A DNA stretch of 63,554 nt, counting the filler, from Folioceros fuciformis (Eukaryota), in assembly GCA_049999805.1 (NCBI GenBank). It is 4 parts of 4 records of this genome, joined end to end, with 100 filler letters (N's around TTAATTAATTAA, not from the genome) between each part and the next. Parts side by side here need not be neighbours in the genome. Positions count along the whole stretch, not along the records: positions 1 to 26,576 come from JBNGIO010005742.1; 3 more parts are not named here. The stretch is one strand, 5' to 3'. The notes under the pieces are model-generated. The model did not search any database, was not told where the DNA came from, and saw only the letters and a program-made list of their open reading frames with translations. Position numbers and translations under genes: made by a program. Positions 11,819 through 23,598 of this stretch are shown here, one piece after another. Within the stretch, counting starts at the first letter, position 1; each line of letters opens with the position of its first letter.

Positions 11819-14800
11819 ATGTCCTTTAGTGATTTTGACATTGACGACTATTTTTCCTGGTTGTATTCCCCTTCATCTATGATGGCTGCCCCAAGCCCTG
11901 CAAGTCCTACATTAACTTTTACTTCTGAGTTAAAAGAGAAGGATCGTTTCAAGGGAAGTGGTTACCTTTTATGGAGAGTGCGCATGAAAGCCATCATGTC
12001 GGCTCGTGGCTTCTGGCCAGTCCTAGATGGCACGTTCAAGAAACCTGATCCGACCACAGACCCTAAGAACCACGCCAAGTGGCTACATCACAATAGAATT
12101 GCCATGGCTATCCTCATCAATGGCTTGGATGCAGATCTTGTGCCTGATATTGAGTTCTTGGACACAGCAGAGGCCAGATGGCATCAGTTGGAAACCACTT
12201 ATCACTCAACTAACATGATGTCCCTATCTGCTGTAAGAATGGAATTTTACGCCTTGAAAATGAAGGAGGGAGAGAAGATTGCTGTCAATACCAGCAAGTT
12301 CCGACATCTGCGTGCCCAGATCACGTCGCTGACTGGAAATAAGATGCCGGAAGTCGAAGCTGTATCCCAGCTCCTTATTAGTCTCCCACCCTCATATCAG
12401 AATTTCGTCACAACCCAGAATGGCCCTGTTAAGCCTGCTGTTGCTGGATCTGTCGCTACTGCTGCCCCCACTGTTGAGGACATCAGTGGCGCTCTCTACC
12501 AGGAAGAACAGGCGCGCACTCTCTCTGGTCATGTTCCTAAGAACAAGGCAGAGCGAGTGTTAGCTGTGAATTCTCGTTTTCTCAAAGGAAAGGGGAAATT
12601 CAAAGGGGAAAGTAACCAGGCTGGACCTGGAGGCTTTTTTGGGTGGACTGGTCCATCCAGCAGTTCAGCTAAGAGACCAGGATTGTGCAACTGGTGTGGC
12701 ACCCCTGGCCACTGGGCAAGAGAATGCCGAAGAAAGAAGGCAGGTGAGCCACAGCGACAGCCGAAGGCAAACTCTGCTGTCAAGGAAAAGAACTCTGGAG
12801 AAACAAAGGCGCCAGTTAAGATTCTTACTGCGTGCTTGTCCAGTTCCTTAAATGACGATGGCAGCTGGTACTTGGATTCCGGAGCCACGACTCATATCTG
12901 CAAGGACAGGGAGTTGTTTACTACCCTTAACCTTAGTCATGTCAGTGACAAGGTGCTACTCGGAGATGAGCAAAGTACAACCAGTCTCCCATTGATGGCA
13001 GAGGTACTTGCATATTTCGGCTGCAAGACGGTACACACCTTAGTTTGAGTGATGTCTTGTATGTCCCAAGTATGGCTAAAAATCTCATGTCCATGAGCCA
13101 GCTCCTCCGCCTTCGCACCTTGTGTATGCGTGCTGATTCTAACCACTGCTCCTTCTACAGAAAGGCATACCCAGATACATGTGTCTTCAAAGGTATTTTA
13201 GATCACGATCTGTATCGGTTGAATATCAATTGCGGCCCTGTTGTCGTTCCCCAGCCTGTCGCTCACTCAACCACACTGAATACAGTTAGTGAACAACAGG
13301 AGGCAGTGTTATGGCACGCTAGACTAGGTCACGTTAATAGGGCTAAGCTCATTGATATGTTCGTCACCGAATGTCACAAGGAGCCTCTTCCTAAATGCTT
13401 CAAGCATTTACCTGTCTGGGAGTTGTGCATACTGGCCAAACAAAAGGAGTCACCTTTTCTGAATGCCTCTGCACACAGAGCCACAGAAGTGCTGGAATTA
13501 GTGCATGCCGATATATCTAGAAAAATCCACCAGCCCTCCCTTGGAGGCTCTCGCTACTTTTTCACCCTTACAGATGATAACCCTAAACCCTAAACCCTAA
13601 ACCCATGAACCTTTCCAATGCGTGCTAAAAGTGATACCTTTAGCTACTTTCAGGACTGGCTCCTTACTGCTCAGAGGCAAACAGGCAAGTTGATGAAGAT
13701 CCTCAGGACAGACAATGGGACAGAGTTTGTTAACTCATCCTTTGATAATCTTCTCCAGGAGGCTGGGATCTTGCGACATCTCACTGTTCCCTACACGCCC
13801 CAGCAAAATGGCGTGTCAGAACGCAAGAATCAAACGCTACTTAGCATGACCAGAAGCATGTTACTTTGGGCAGGCTTACCTCAAGGCTATTGGGCCAAAG
13901 CCATTGTAGCAGCCACCTACATCCTCAACAGGGTGCTGACAAGCTCAGTTCCACAGAGGACTCCTTTCGAGGTGTACTGGCGCAAGAGGCCCAGCTTGCT
14001 TCATCTCAAGGTTTTTGGCTCCAAGGCTTTTGCCTATATCCCAGTTGAGAAGCGTAAGAAACTTGACCAACGTGCCCAGGCCCTTATTTTTGTGGGCTAT
14101 AGCGAGCAGGCCAAGGCATATAAGCTATACAACCCGGAAACGGCATCTATCGTGCTTGCCAGGAGTGTTACCTTTATTGAACCACAAGCTCCTCCCTCAG
14201 CTGTTGAATCTGTACCTGCGGATCCTGTTTTGGAGACATGGACAGATGTAGCTGCAGAATACCCCTCAGATGACACCGAGTCTGTTGTCCCTGATCCTGA
14301 AGTTTCTCCAGTCCCGCCTGGTCCTGCTATTGCGGATGACGGACCTGCGCTGGATCTACCGGATTTTGCAGCAGAGGGGGAAGGTCAGCCCCAGGATGCT
14401 GTACATGCAGATGAACCTCTGTTACCTGTTTTTGCTGACAATGCTGCCGAAGATCCGGAAGATGAAGAAGAACCGGCTCCTGCTTTACGCCGTTCCACCC
14501 ATTATCGACCCCCACCTGAGGAATGGAATGCACCACGATATCAGTCCATTTTCGCACTCACCTTGCCGTTTGCCCTCCGCTTCCCGATGAGCCAACCACT
14601 TTAACTCAAGCCTTCTCAGGCCCACAGTCCTCACAGTGGAAGGCTGCTGTCAAGGAAGAATATCAGTCTCTTATGAAGAATAAAACATGGCAGCTTTCAG
14701 ACCTCCCATCAGGACGCAAGGCTATTTCCTGCAAATGGGTATTCAAGCTTAAGCTAAACGCCAAGGGTGAGGTAGCACGATACAAGGCTAGGCTAGTAGC

Positions 14801-15060
14801 CCGTGGTTTCACACAGGTTGAGGGTATTGACTATCAAGAAACTTTCTCACCTGTTGTGAGGACCCAGTCGATTCGTATCCTCCTAGCTTATGCCACGGAG
14901 CATGATCTGGACCTCCAGCAGATGGACGTCTGCACGGCCTTCTTGTACGGTGCTCTCAATGAAGAGCTGATATTCTGACGAAGGGCCTACCTAAGAACAA
15001 ACACTATCCCCACATGGAGGGATTAGGCCTACATGACTTCACAGTCCATTTTGATCAGTG
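11819..15060 (+). pseudogene. copia-2 gag-pol (gag, PR, GAG-pre-integrase, IN, partial RT fused to RNase H end)
   Basis: CNWCGTPGHWAREC; WYLDSGATTH; LWHARLGH; RTDNGTEF..QNGVSERKN; YKARLVARGF..QMDVCTAFL, then a jump to ADILTKGL at ~14966. Confidence 0.93.
13579..13604 (+). repeat. Interstitial telomeric tract (CCCTAAA)3 plus partial units, inside integrase
   Basis: aaccctaaaccctaaaccctaaaccc directly after the DD codons of FTLTDD. Confidence 0.85.
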
Positions 15061-15276
15061 ACTTATCTGGCAGAAAAGGGGGGGGGCTCTCGTGGATGCA
15101 GACGGATGTGGCGCACAGTTGTTTTATGGCACGGTACCACTGCCCTCTGGTCCAGCAGGCCTTCTTCCCAGTCTGTCACAGGTAAATGAAGAAGTCCGCA
15201 GGAAAGAAACCCTAGGGCCAGGCTATGTGGATGAAGCTTATTGGAAAAACTAATCACCTAGCAGTGGCTCCTCTCG

Positions 15277-15804
15277 TCAGACCTCTTCCTCTTCAACTTC
15301 CCTGGGCATCACGTCCTTGATCCTTTCAAGCAGTTTCACAGTTTCATCTAGCTGCTGAATGAGGGTTTGCCTCCCAACTTCCCCAACAGCTTCTGAGGGA
15401 AGGTTAGCTCGAGCCTTTCCAGTTCTCACAACTCCGAAGATCAGGCTCACACTCAGCTCAAGATTGAAGGCCCCTATGTGGACTCTTTGCCCCCATCCGG
15501 TCTTGTAATCCCAATCCCAGCCGCGGGCAGCATCCTCTTTCCTTTCCGCGGTTGAGATAGAAGAATCGGGCAAGTCCTTGGACGGGTCCTTCTTAGCGGC
15601 TCCGGCAGACCTTCGCGCTACTTCTCGCTTACTCAGAGTCCCCACACGCTGATAGCACTTCCCACTGCGAGTTCTCTCATGGTGGCTAAGCTGAACAAGT
15701 TTGCAAGCAAGAAGATGACCAGCTCGATTCCTGTCATAGCTGTAGCAAGGGTGAGCGTCATCTTTGAGAAGTGCGCTTTTGATGCGCTCCCCGATCTGTA
15801 CCAC
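15277..15804 (-). CDS. Antisense ORF in the copia-2 3' region, function unknown
   Basis: 175 open codons between pol end and PPT, acidic tail EVEEEEV; no recognised domain; non-ATG start. Confidence 0.35.
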   Translation of the reverse strand: MVQIGERIKSALLKDDAHPCYSYDRNRAGHLLACKLVQLSHHERTRSGKCYQRVGTLSKREVARRSAGAAKKDPSKDLPDSSISTAERKEDAARGWDWDYKTGWGQRVHIGAFNLELSVSLIFGVVRTGKARANLPSEAVGEVGRQTLIQQLDETVKLLERIKDVMPREVEEEEV

Positions 15805-16631
15805 CGGTATACGCTCCTAGTGTAAGCTGGACTTAGCTGGCTTAGGATGGGGCATGCTCGGTGCTCGGGTATAAAGGCGCGTGATGATTCCAGCTGCTGC
15901 CGACTTCTCGTGTTTGGGTGCCCCGTGCAGGGGTTTTCTATTGTTTAAGGACAATCAATGGTTAAGTTTAAGAGGGGGTGTTAGATAAGATATACATATA
16001 TAGGTGATATATATATATTGTATTAAATATTAACCTATAGATTAGGTCAAGTAGACTGTAGTCGTTTAGGTTAATGGAGGTGACCTTTAGCCAAGCATTA
16101 CCTAGAATGGTATTAAGACTTTTTTGGTTGTTGACATTCGTTGTTCAATTTATCTACCAAGAGATTAAGCAAGTATTCTCGCTTCCACTCGACAATTTAC
16201 AATAGATCTGTCGTGCTTCAAGAGGTCTTGCTTTTCAACATCTGAACTTAATCCTAAGCGTCTTTGAACACTCTTATTTATTATATATATATCATGCATT
16301 CATATGTATATGGGGTGGCCAGCCCCTATATGATATACGCGTATATTCTTGTCAGCAGTGCACTTGGATGCCTTCCCTTGAGTGCTTCCTCTCCGTCGTG
16401 CACACCAAGGCTACTGGTCATCCTGCCACTCTTTGGTGGTTTACTACATACGAGATCGACGAAAGGAGTAGCTTATCTCTACTCCTCCTCCCTTTATGTG
16501 AGTTCATTGATCACACTCATAATTCTTGGATGTTTCCTCACTCCCCCCCTTAATCTGCTGACCATCTCTCGTTGGAAAGCCAGATTAACAAACTTTTCAT
16601 CAACATACATATATGCTGAACATACCGCCCT

Positions 16632-17210
16632 TCACAACGTATCAACTGCTACACACATTGGGCAAAACCACTGCCCAGCTGGCACCGCTTCTAGTAGGGG
16701 CTCTAAACAAAAAGTATGCCACCCATCATTGCACCTATCACACAACAACATGCAATGATCACCTCCAGAATCTTCACAACCTATACAAGCAAACCCCTTC
16801 CTTGGCACAAAAACTTGCACATTAATTATCGGATTCAAGTGAGGTAAATGACATGGTGCACAATTTTTCATGTGCTCCAAACAAGTTGTACCATCCTTTC
16901 CCTCCAACTCCATAATTCTATTCAACTTCACACTTCTTACCCTTAATATTATCCTACTCGCACTTGTATCAATTATTGTCATTGTTTTCCTTTGCAAATA
17001 TACATAATCTCCAACTTCAATTTTTTTCACTTTGGGCCTGAAATGTTCACTCCTTGTTTTCCTGTATCTTAACTCATCCCTGTGTTGAGCTATTAACGAA
17101 TTATCCATTGCCATAGACATTATTTTTCTAAACAACTCCGCTCTATGTGAGACTATCTTTAACCACTTATTAGGATTATCCACTATAGCATTCACTTTGT
17201 CTTCTAACAT
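16632..17210 (-). pseudogene. Integrase C-terminal region with PHD finger (PHD at 16653-16787)
   Basis: C4HC3 pattern CIGC..MLLCDRCNDGWHTFCLEPLLEAVPAGQWFCPMC. Confidence 0.92.
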
Positions 17211-18001
17211 CCCAGATAACTATGGTCTACGCCCAAACAACAACATGTATGGTGAAAACTTTCCCAGCAATGCTTGCCTACTCATTCTATAACCCATTGC
17301 AAGAAATGGTAACATCCTATCCCACTCACTCTTGTCCATTACCAAACAATATTTCCTCAAAGCACTCTTACATGTCTGTACCATTCTTTCTGCAAACCAT
17401 CAGCCTCCGGATGATTCCTTGAAGTTACCCTATGATCAATAAGATACTCATTTAAAAATTTGTCAAACTCTCCCATAAATTCAGTACCTTGATCTGTCAA
17501 AACTTCTGCACAAGCTCCAAAAACACTCAACACATGATTAAGAAATGCTTCCTTAATATCATGTGACTTCTTCTCTCTTAAAGGCACCAAAACTATCCAC
17601 TTAGAAAAATGTTCTATCACCAACACATATTTAAAACCTCTACGCATGACTGGCAACTCTCCAGCCAAATCCAAACTCCACCTATAAAACATCCCTCTAA
17701 TAGGTAGCGGATGAAGTTGAGAAGTTTTGCTTGAGAAACTTGCCTTCACCCTATCACAAACCTTACAAGTAGACACCACCTTCTCAACTACATCCATCAT
17801 TCCCTTCCAGTAATAACTATTCATGAGCAAAATTAATGTTCTTTTTGTACCAAAATGTCCTAACTCTACATGAATCTTTCTTGCCAAACCTATTCTTCCT
17901 TCAGGTCTTGGTACCACCCTCATGTTATCTTTAAACAACAACTTTATGTCAACCCACACATGTCTCCTACTTCCCTTTGTCACCCTGTCATTTTCCTTCA
18001 C
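17211..18001 (-). pseudogene. Gypsy integrase zinc-binding and catalytic core
   Basis: HVELGH..CKVC; WSLDLAG; EHFSKW; LTDQGTEF; HPEADG. Confidence 0.92.
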
Positions 18002-18031
18002 CGTTAGCGATTCTTGATTACCACTGTATCA

Positions 18032-19727
18032 TCACTGTGTCATCACTGTCTCCAATGTGTTCTTATCCTCCCACACATCTACTGGCACCGAAGAAACTCC
18101 CAACTCCACCAAATTTACCAAGTATGCACTAGGTGTCCATATGGACACCACCAGATTACAGTCAACCCCAACATTCTTATCAAAATCTTGCCTGGCAACT
18201 GTTGAGTCCTCCGAAGTCCCTAATGGATTCCTTGACAATACATCTGCATTTGCATGTTTCACCCCGCCCTATGCTCAATAGAAAAACTATACTCTTGTAG
18301 AATAAGTGCCCACCTTGCTAACTTTCCCGTCAACTTTTCACTCTTCATCAACCACTTCAAGGGCTGATGATCAGTCACCAACTCAAATTGAGCCCCATAC
18401 AAATAAGGCCTAAACTGTGATACTGCCCATACAGCCGCCAAACATTCCCCATGATACGAGGAATAAATGCTCTTTGCAGAATTGTTACTCCTGCTTGCAT
18501 ATGCTACCACATGTTCTACCCCACTCTCATCATCCTGTGCCAACACTGCCCCCAAACCAAGTTTGCTCCAACCTATATATAACTTAAACTGTCTATCAAA
18601 ATTAGGTCTTGTCAACAAGGGCTTGCTCATCAAAATGTCCTTTATCTCCTTAAATGCTCTCTGTTGATCTTCTCCCCAAACCCACACAGCATCTTTCTTT
18701 AACAACATTGTCATTGGTTTTACCACCACAATATGGTTTGCCACAAAATTGCGATAATAATTCACCAATCCTAAAAAGGAACGCAAAGTTCCCACATCTG
18801 AAGGTGGGTATCATCTTTGCTATTGCTTCAACTTTCACATCAGATGGTGCCGTACCCTTAGGCACTATGAAATGTCCCAAATATGCTATCTTAGAGGACC
18901 CAAACCTGCACTTTTGTGGGTGACACGTCAAACTGACCTCTTTCAATCTTTCCAACACTCACCTAACGTGCTCCTTATGCTCTTCTATAGTGTTACTCAT
19001 CTATGTAACATCTGACGAATGTCAAACCCCTCAATGCTTGATCCATTGCTCTCTGCAAAGCATTAGGAGCATTCTTCAACCCAAATGGAATAACCACCCA
19101 TTCCCACAAACATCTATTACCCCAAAAGGCAGTCTTCTTTTTATTCTCCTCCTCAATTTTAATTTGGTTAAAACCACCCCTCAAATCCAATGTAGAAAAT
19201 ATATTACATTCACCAATTGCATCAAAAATTTCCTCTGGAGTTGGCATTGGATATCTATCCATAGGCGTCACCTCATTAAGCGGCCTATAGTCACCACACA
19301 TCCTCTTTTCAGTCTAATTACCATGCACATCCTTTTTTGGTGGAAGCACCGTAGCTGCTGCATACTCTGGCTCCGAAGGTCTTATCAATCTAGCTTCAAG
19401 TAACTCTTGACGTTTCTTGTCTACAATCTCATTCTCCAATTTACTCAAACGATATGCCCTTCTGAAAACTGGTTCAACAGTTTTAAGCCGAATCTTAAAC
19501 TTAAACGTCTTGTGCCTGCCTAATTCCTTATTGGAAAAAGCAAGTACCTGCCTGGTGGTTTCCAAAATCCTTACAAAATCCTTCCTATCCTCCAAAGTTA
19601 TCTCATCAAAAATATCCCACTGAAAATCCGTACACTCCTGTTTCTCACGGACGTTAAACTCACAGCTTGCGCTAGCCACATTCCCAGTTTTTCCTTCTGC
19701 ATCTATAACCTTTGCCTCATGTCTCAT
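18032..19727 (-). pseudogene. Gypsy RT and RNase H, frameshifted
   Basis: MCGDYRPLN..FSTLDLRGGFNQ..PFGLKNAP..CYID; LRSFLGLVNYYR; LGAVLAQ..VAYASR..TDHQPL; HANADVLSR. Confidence 0.93.
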
Positions 19728-19867
19728 CTATTTGCTCTGCTTACACTCATCACCTAAAACCTCATCATGCTCTCTCATTCTCTTAGTCTCCCCCTAGCCT
19801 GTGGGTCTTTCTCTCTTCTTACTTTACCCAGCTTACTTTCTTCCAACCTTGTGCCTAAAATAACTTT

Positions 19868-20943
19868 CTAGTTTCTCTTCCATTCTCGATTAACATTTAT
19901 ATACATCATAAGCCATCTGATTGTATTCAAATCCATAGCTTGTCCGAGTTTTTTATTCCTTTGCTCAAATGTTATGCCCTCCACTTGAGTAGTATTTGTA
20001 TCAGAACCCATCGCCCTCTCTCTCTCCATGGGAGATGGTACATCCCACACCTTCCTCTTCGTATCAAATATCATCCCAGGCCCTTCCCCTTTAAATGCAC
20101 TGGCACCCTCAAAGCTTACAAACGTCGGCAACGCCCTCCTAAGCTCCCCTTTCTTATTTACACAATAAAAGGGCTGTCTATCATCTGAAGTCACCTGCCT
20201 ACTCACTCGCCCCTCATCTAATATCTGGTCAACTATTAAATTATCATCCCTTCGCCACTAACTCACAAGCATTTGCAACAAATGCCTAGGCATCATGTTA
20301 TTCCAAAAAAACAACAATACCTATGAGCCCTAGATCCAAACTGCACCGCATCCAACTTTATAGGTTCACCCAAATAATACTTGATCTTCTCAAAATCCCG
20401 CCTCAACACTACTCTTCTATCCATTTGCGAATCCATATTCTTAATCAAGAAACCACATTCCTTCTTCTAATGCCTTTGCACCCAATTCAAAATCCTAATT
20501 AGCTCATAAAATAACACCGACCTATAATCCAACAAGCCTTTTCCCTTGCCCGCCATTGAATGCTCTTGACATTCCCAACCAGCTATTATCATATCAACTT
20601 CTTCCTCCATTTGAAATTGTACCAATCCAATAAGCCTAACATCTTGCGGCCACACAGAAAATGCTTGTTTCACAGCTTCAACCTTTAACTGTTCAGGATA
20701 CTTTTTGCATAACTTAAATACTCTAGACTTCGGAATTGCCTGACAAGCTTCATCTGGATCACAATAAATGTAACGTCTGACCACATACCCAGCAGCCAAC
20801 ACAGCCTCCACACCATATGCAATCCCAGCAAACAACTCAACCACAACCAATCCATACTCATACGAACTCAATGTCACAAGTTTATACACACACGGGTTCA
20901 AGTTTACAAACTGCTTTCTTTGTACAAAGCTGAATTTTATCAT
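19868..20943 (-). pseudogene. C5 cytosine DNA methyltransferase domain inside gypsy pol
   Basis: Motif I VVELFAGI; motif IV DMIIAGWECQEHSMAGKGKGL..RSVLF; after a TAG the same frame gives motif VI GFLIKNM and motif VIII LDAVQFGSRAHR..FWNN; motifs IX/X PMERERAMG..RNKKLGQAMD. Confidence 0.9.
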
Positions 20944-21129
20944 CTATCTGAAACTCAGCTTGTCTCTTTTCAAGCTCTCTAAAAATTTCAGCTAATGCTC
21001 TACCAACATTCTCTCATTGCAATTTCTTCCACTCTGTTATGACTATATTCCTTTAAACATAACTTATCCATATGCCTCTCCATCCACAACTTATCATCTT
21101 CATCTTCTTCCTCCTGCTCATCCCAAGAA

Positions 21130-22025
21130 GTCGTCATGTTTACTACACACGCATCTTGCATGTCCTCCTGTAATTACAACTTAAGTGGAATTGTTGCTAT
21201 TCTGATTTCTTCACCTTGTCGCCACCCTAGACGATAGTAAAACTCCTCTGTCCATAAGTCCACTCCTCCTCCATGCAGGAATAAAGCCTATGTCCCTAAA
21301 ATAACATCAAAATTTCCATACTCAAAAATCAAACATTTCATATCAATCGTCGTCTCTTCTTCTATCCCAGGCTTAAAACACAACTGCAATTTCTCTTTAG
21401 TTTCCCCCATCACTGTCTCCAAACCTCCATTGGCCATCCTAATCTTCCATCTTGTCTCCTGTACATCTTCCTTCCTCAATCCCATAGCATATGCCATGCT
21501 ACAATGGGTCAATGTAGGTTGCGCTCCTAAATCTATCAATACCTTTTCAGGCGCAAAACCTTCTATCAAAAATTCACACCCGCCATTGTCCAAAAATGCA
21601 ATTCCTGGTCTAACTTTTGTTCTATCTCCATTATTACGCCTATTACTATTAAGATAGAGTGAAACTATCTTGCTTAACTTCTCATTTGCATTAGGCCACT
21701 CTACTATCACGTCTTGTAAAAGTTCTCGTATTTTTGCCTTGCTCACCCCCACCTTGATGCCCAACTCTAACATACTTCGAATACAACCAATCACATCATT
21801 TTGAGACACCTGCATTCTCTTGTTCACTTGCTGTTCCAACACCTTTACTGCTCTGTCATACATCTTCTCACCAAAATCTTTCATATCAACATCTAATACT
21901 TCAAATGATTGCGGATATTTCCAACATGACACCGTTGATCTTCCTTGGTCCTTATGTTGACCTTCCAGCCTTGTGTTGTATCTTTTCTGAGCAACCTCTA
22001 CTTCCAATGCATCTCCCATGTCCAC
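21130..22025 (-). pseudogene. Gypsy aspartic protease region
   Basis: KVLIDLGAQPTL (D-S/T-G-like), IRMANG, FDVILGT. Confidence 0.8.
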
Positions 22026-22046
22026 TTCACAAACAAATGCATCCAG

Positions 22047-23598
22047 CTAAAACTCCTTGTAAGCTTTCTCCTTCTCACCCAAATCCTTCCTTTTTTCCAT
22101 TGTTCGAACTTCCTCAATTTTAACTCCACCAATCTGTCCACCAGCTGCCTCCAACCTATCATTCTTAGCCTTCAAGTCCGTTATCTGCAACTCCAACGAT
22201 TTGTAAGATTTGCTCATCCGACCTAAACTATCTCCACTGGCTCCTCCAAATTTATTTCCTTCAGCCCTTTGCACATGTCTCACATTCTTAACACCATGTC
22301 CCTTAAAACCAAACTTTGTAGGCTTGAGAGAAGGATACCAAACTTTCTCCAAATGTCCTTTCTTTCCACAATGATTACAACCTACATCCCTCTTAATTGA
22401 ATACTCCATCATCATATGAGAACTACTCCCAAAACGTAAGCACTTATCCCTTTTTCTGTCTCTACATTCATGACAGGTTTCATGTACTTGTTGTCCATTC
22501 TTGACATGTTCGGTTGCTGCTGCCAAGTCGGTCTCCCTTTAGGCAAAAAATTATGTCGGTGAACTGTCGCTGAAAATACATCTCCCTTCCTATCCGCTCC
22601 AACCTTTCTTCCCATGGCCTTAGCAATGCTCTTACTTGCTCATACTTTTCTGCAATTGGAAATACTTGTTCCAGTGTGTATGTTTTACCATACAATGCTG
22701 TCAATTCTCTAAACACATCTTCCTTAATATCCTTATCCAGATTACAAATATACTTAAAACATACTTCCATCTCCTTGTGCATTCCTGTATTTGTTTCCAG
22801 CTAACTAGTACGATTGTAAAACATAAGTGCCGTCTCATCCGGTTTCCTTTTTAAATTTGCCAACTCTTCTATCTTCATGGCATTAACAGATGGAAACCTC
22901 ATCTCCAATCGAATGAAGAATTCCTTCACCGGCTTAGCATGTTTATTGGACACTACCAAATTCTTGAAACTCTTCAAATAAAACTTGTAAGCATCTCCAC
23001 ATAACAAATTCCCTAACAAAGTACATTCATATATGGGATCCAACTCAGCGTCCTCACCTCCACACTCCTGTAACTTAATCATATGAAACATACACATTAA
23101 CTGGCTAATGGATACTGATGACTTGGGATGCCCAGAATACTTCTCACTCTTTGCAGGCAGTACCACTCCCCCTCTACCTTTTCTTTCCATCCCAAAAACC
23201 TTTTCAGTTGACAAGCTTAACATTTGATTGTCCGTTCTTCTCACCAACGTTCTCACATCATTCACTTCCTCCGTTTGTCTTTGCACTTCCATAGGCTCCA
23301 CAATCTGATTTTGTACGTCCATGACAAGTTCTTTGTCTCTAATCAGAAACCCTCTTTCTTTGCACCCACGCCTCCAGTCTTCATCTGACAATTGTAATCT
23401 TTCTTCCCTTGCTTCTACTCCCACAGACGTTTTATGTATTTTGTCAATGTTCCCATTAAGATCTACATTTCCAATTTCTCCCTCTACCTCTTTACCTAAA
23501 ACATTCGCTCTATGCGGATTCCCTCCTTCCTCATCCAGCACACTGCCTGAAATATAGCTCCCCCCCAGACTCTTAGCGTTTGCTCCTTTACTCTTCAT
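22047..23598 (-). pseudogene. Gypsy gag (degenerate, two CCHC-like knuckles)
   Basis: LKRKPDETALMFYNR; CLRFGSSSH and CNHCGKKGH. Confidence 0.7.

Larger units (their letters stand above)
10484..16201 (+). mobile_element. Ty1/copia LTR retrotransposon (copia-2) with internal RT/RNase H deletion
   Basis: LTRs 10484-10708 and 15979-16201 (TG..CA); TSD ATAGA (10479-10483, 16202-16206); PBS tggtatcaaagc 10709-10720; PPT aagaggggg 15970-15978. Confidence 0.95.

Noticed and set aside
19868-20943. MTase as a bacterial restriction-modification gene or host DRM
   Set aside because: Embedded collinearly between PR and RT with the same composition and decay, no introns, no partner nuclease, unpermuted motif order
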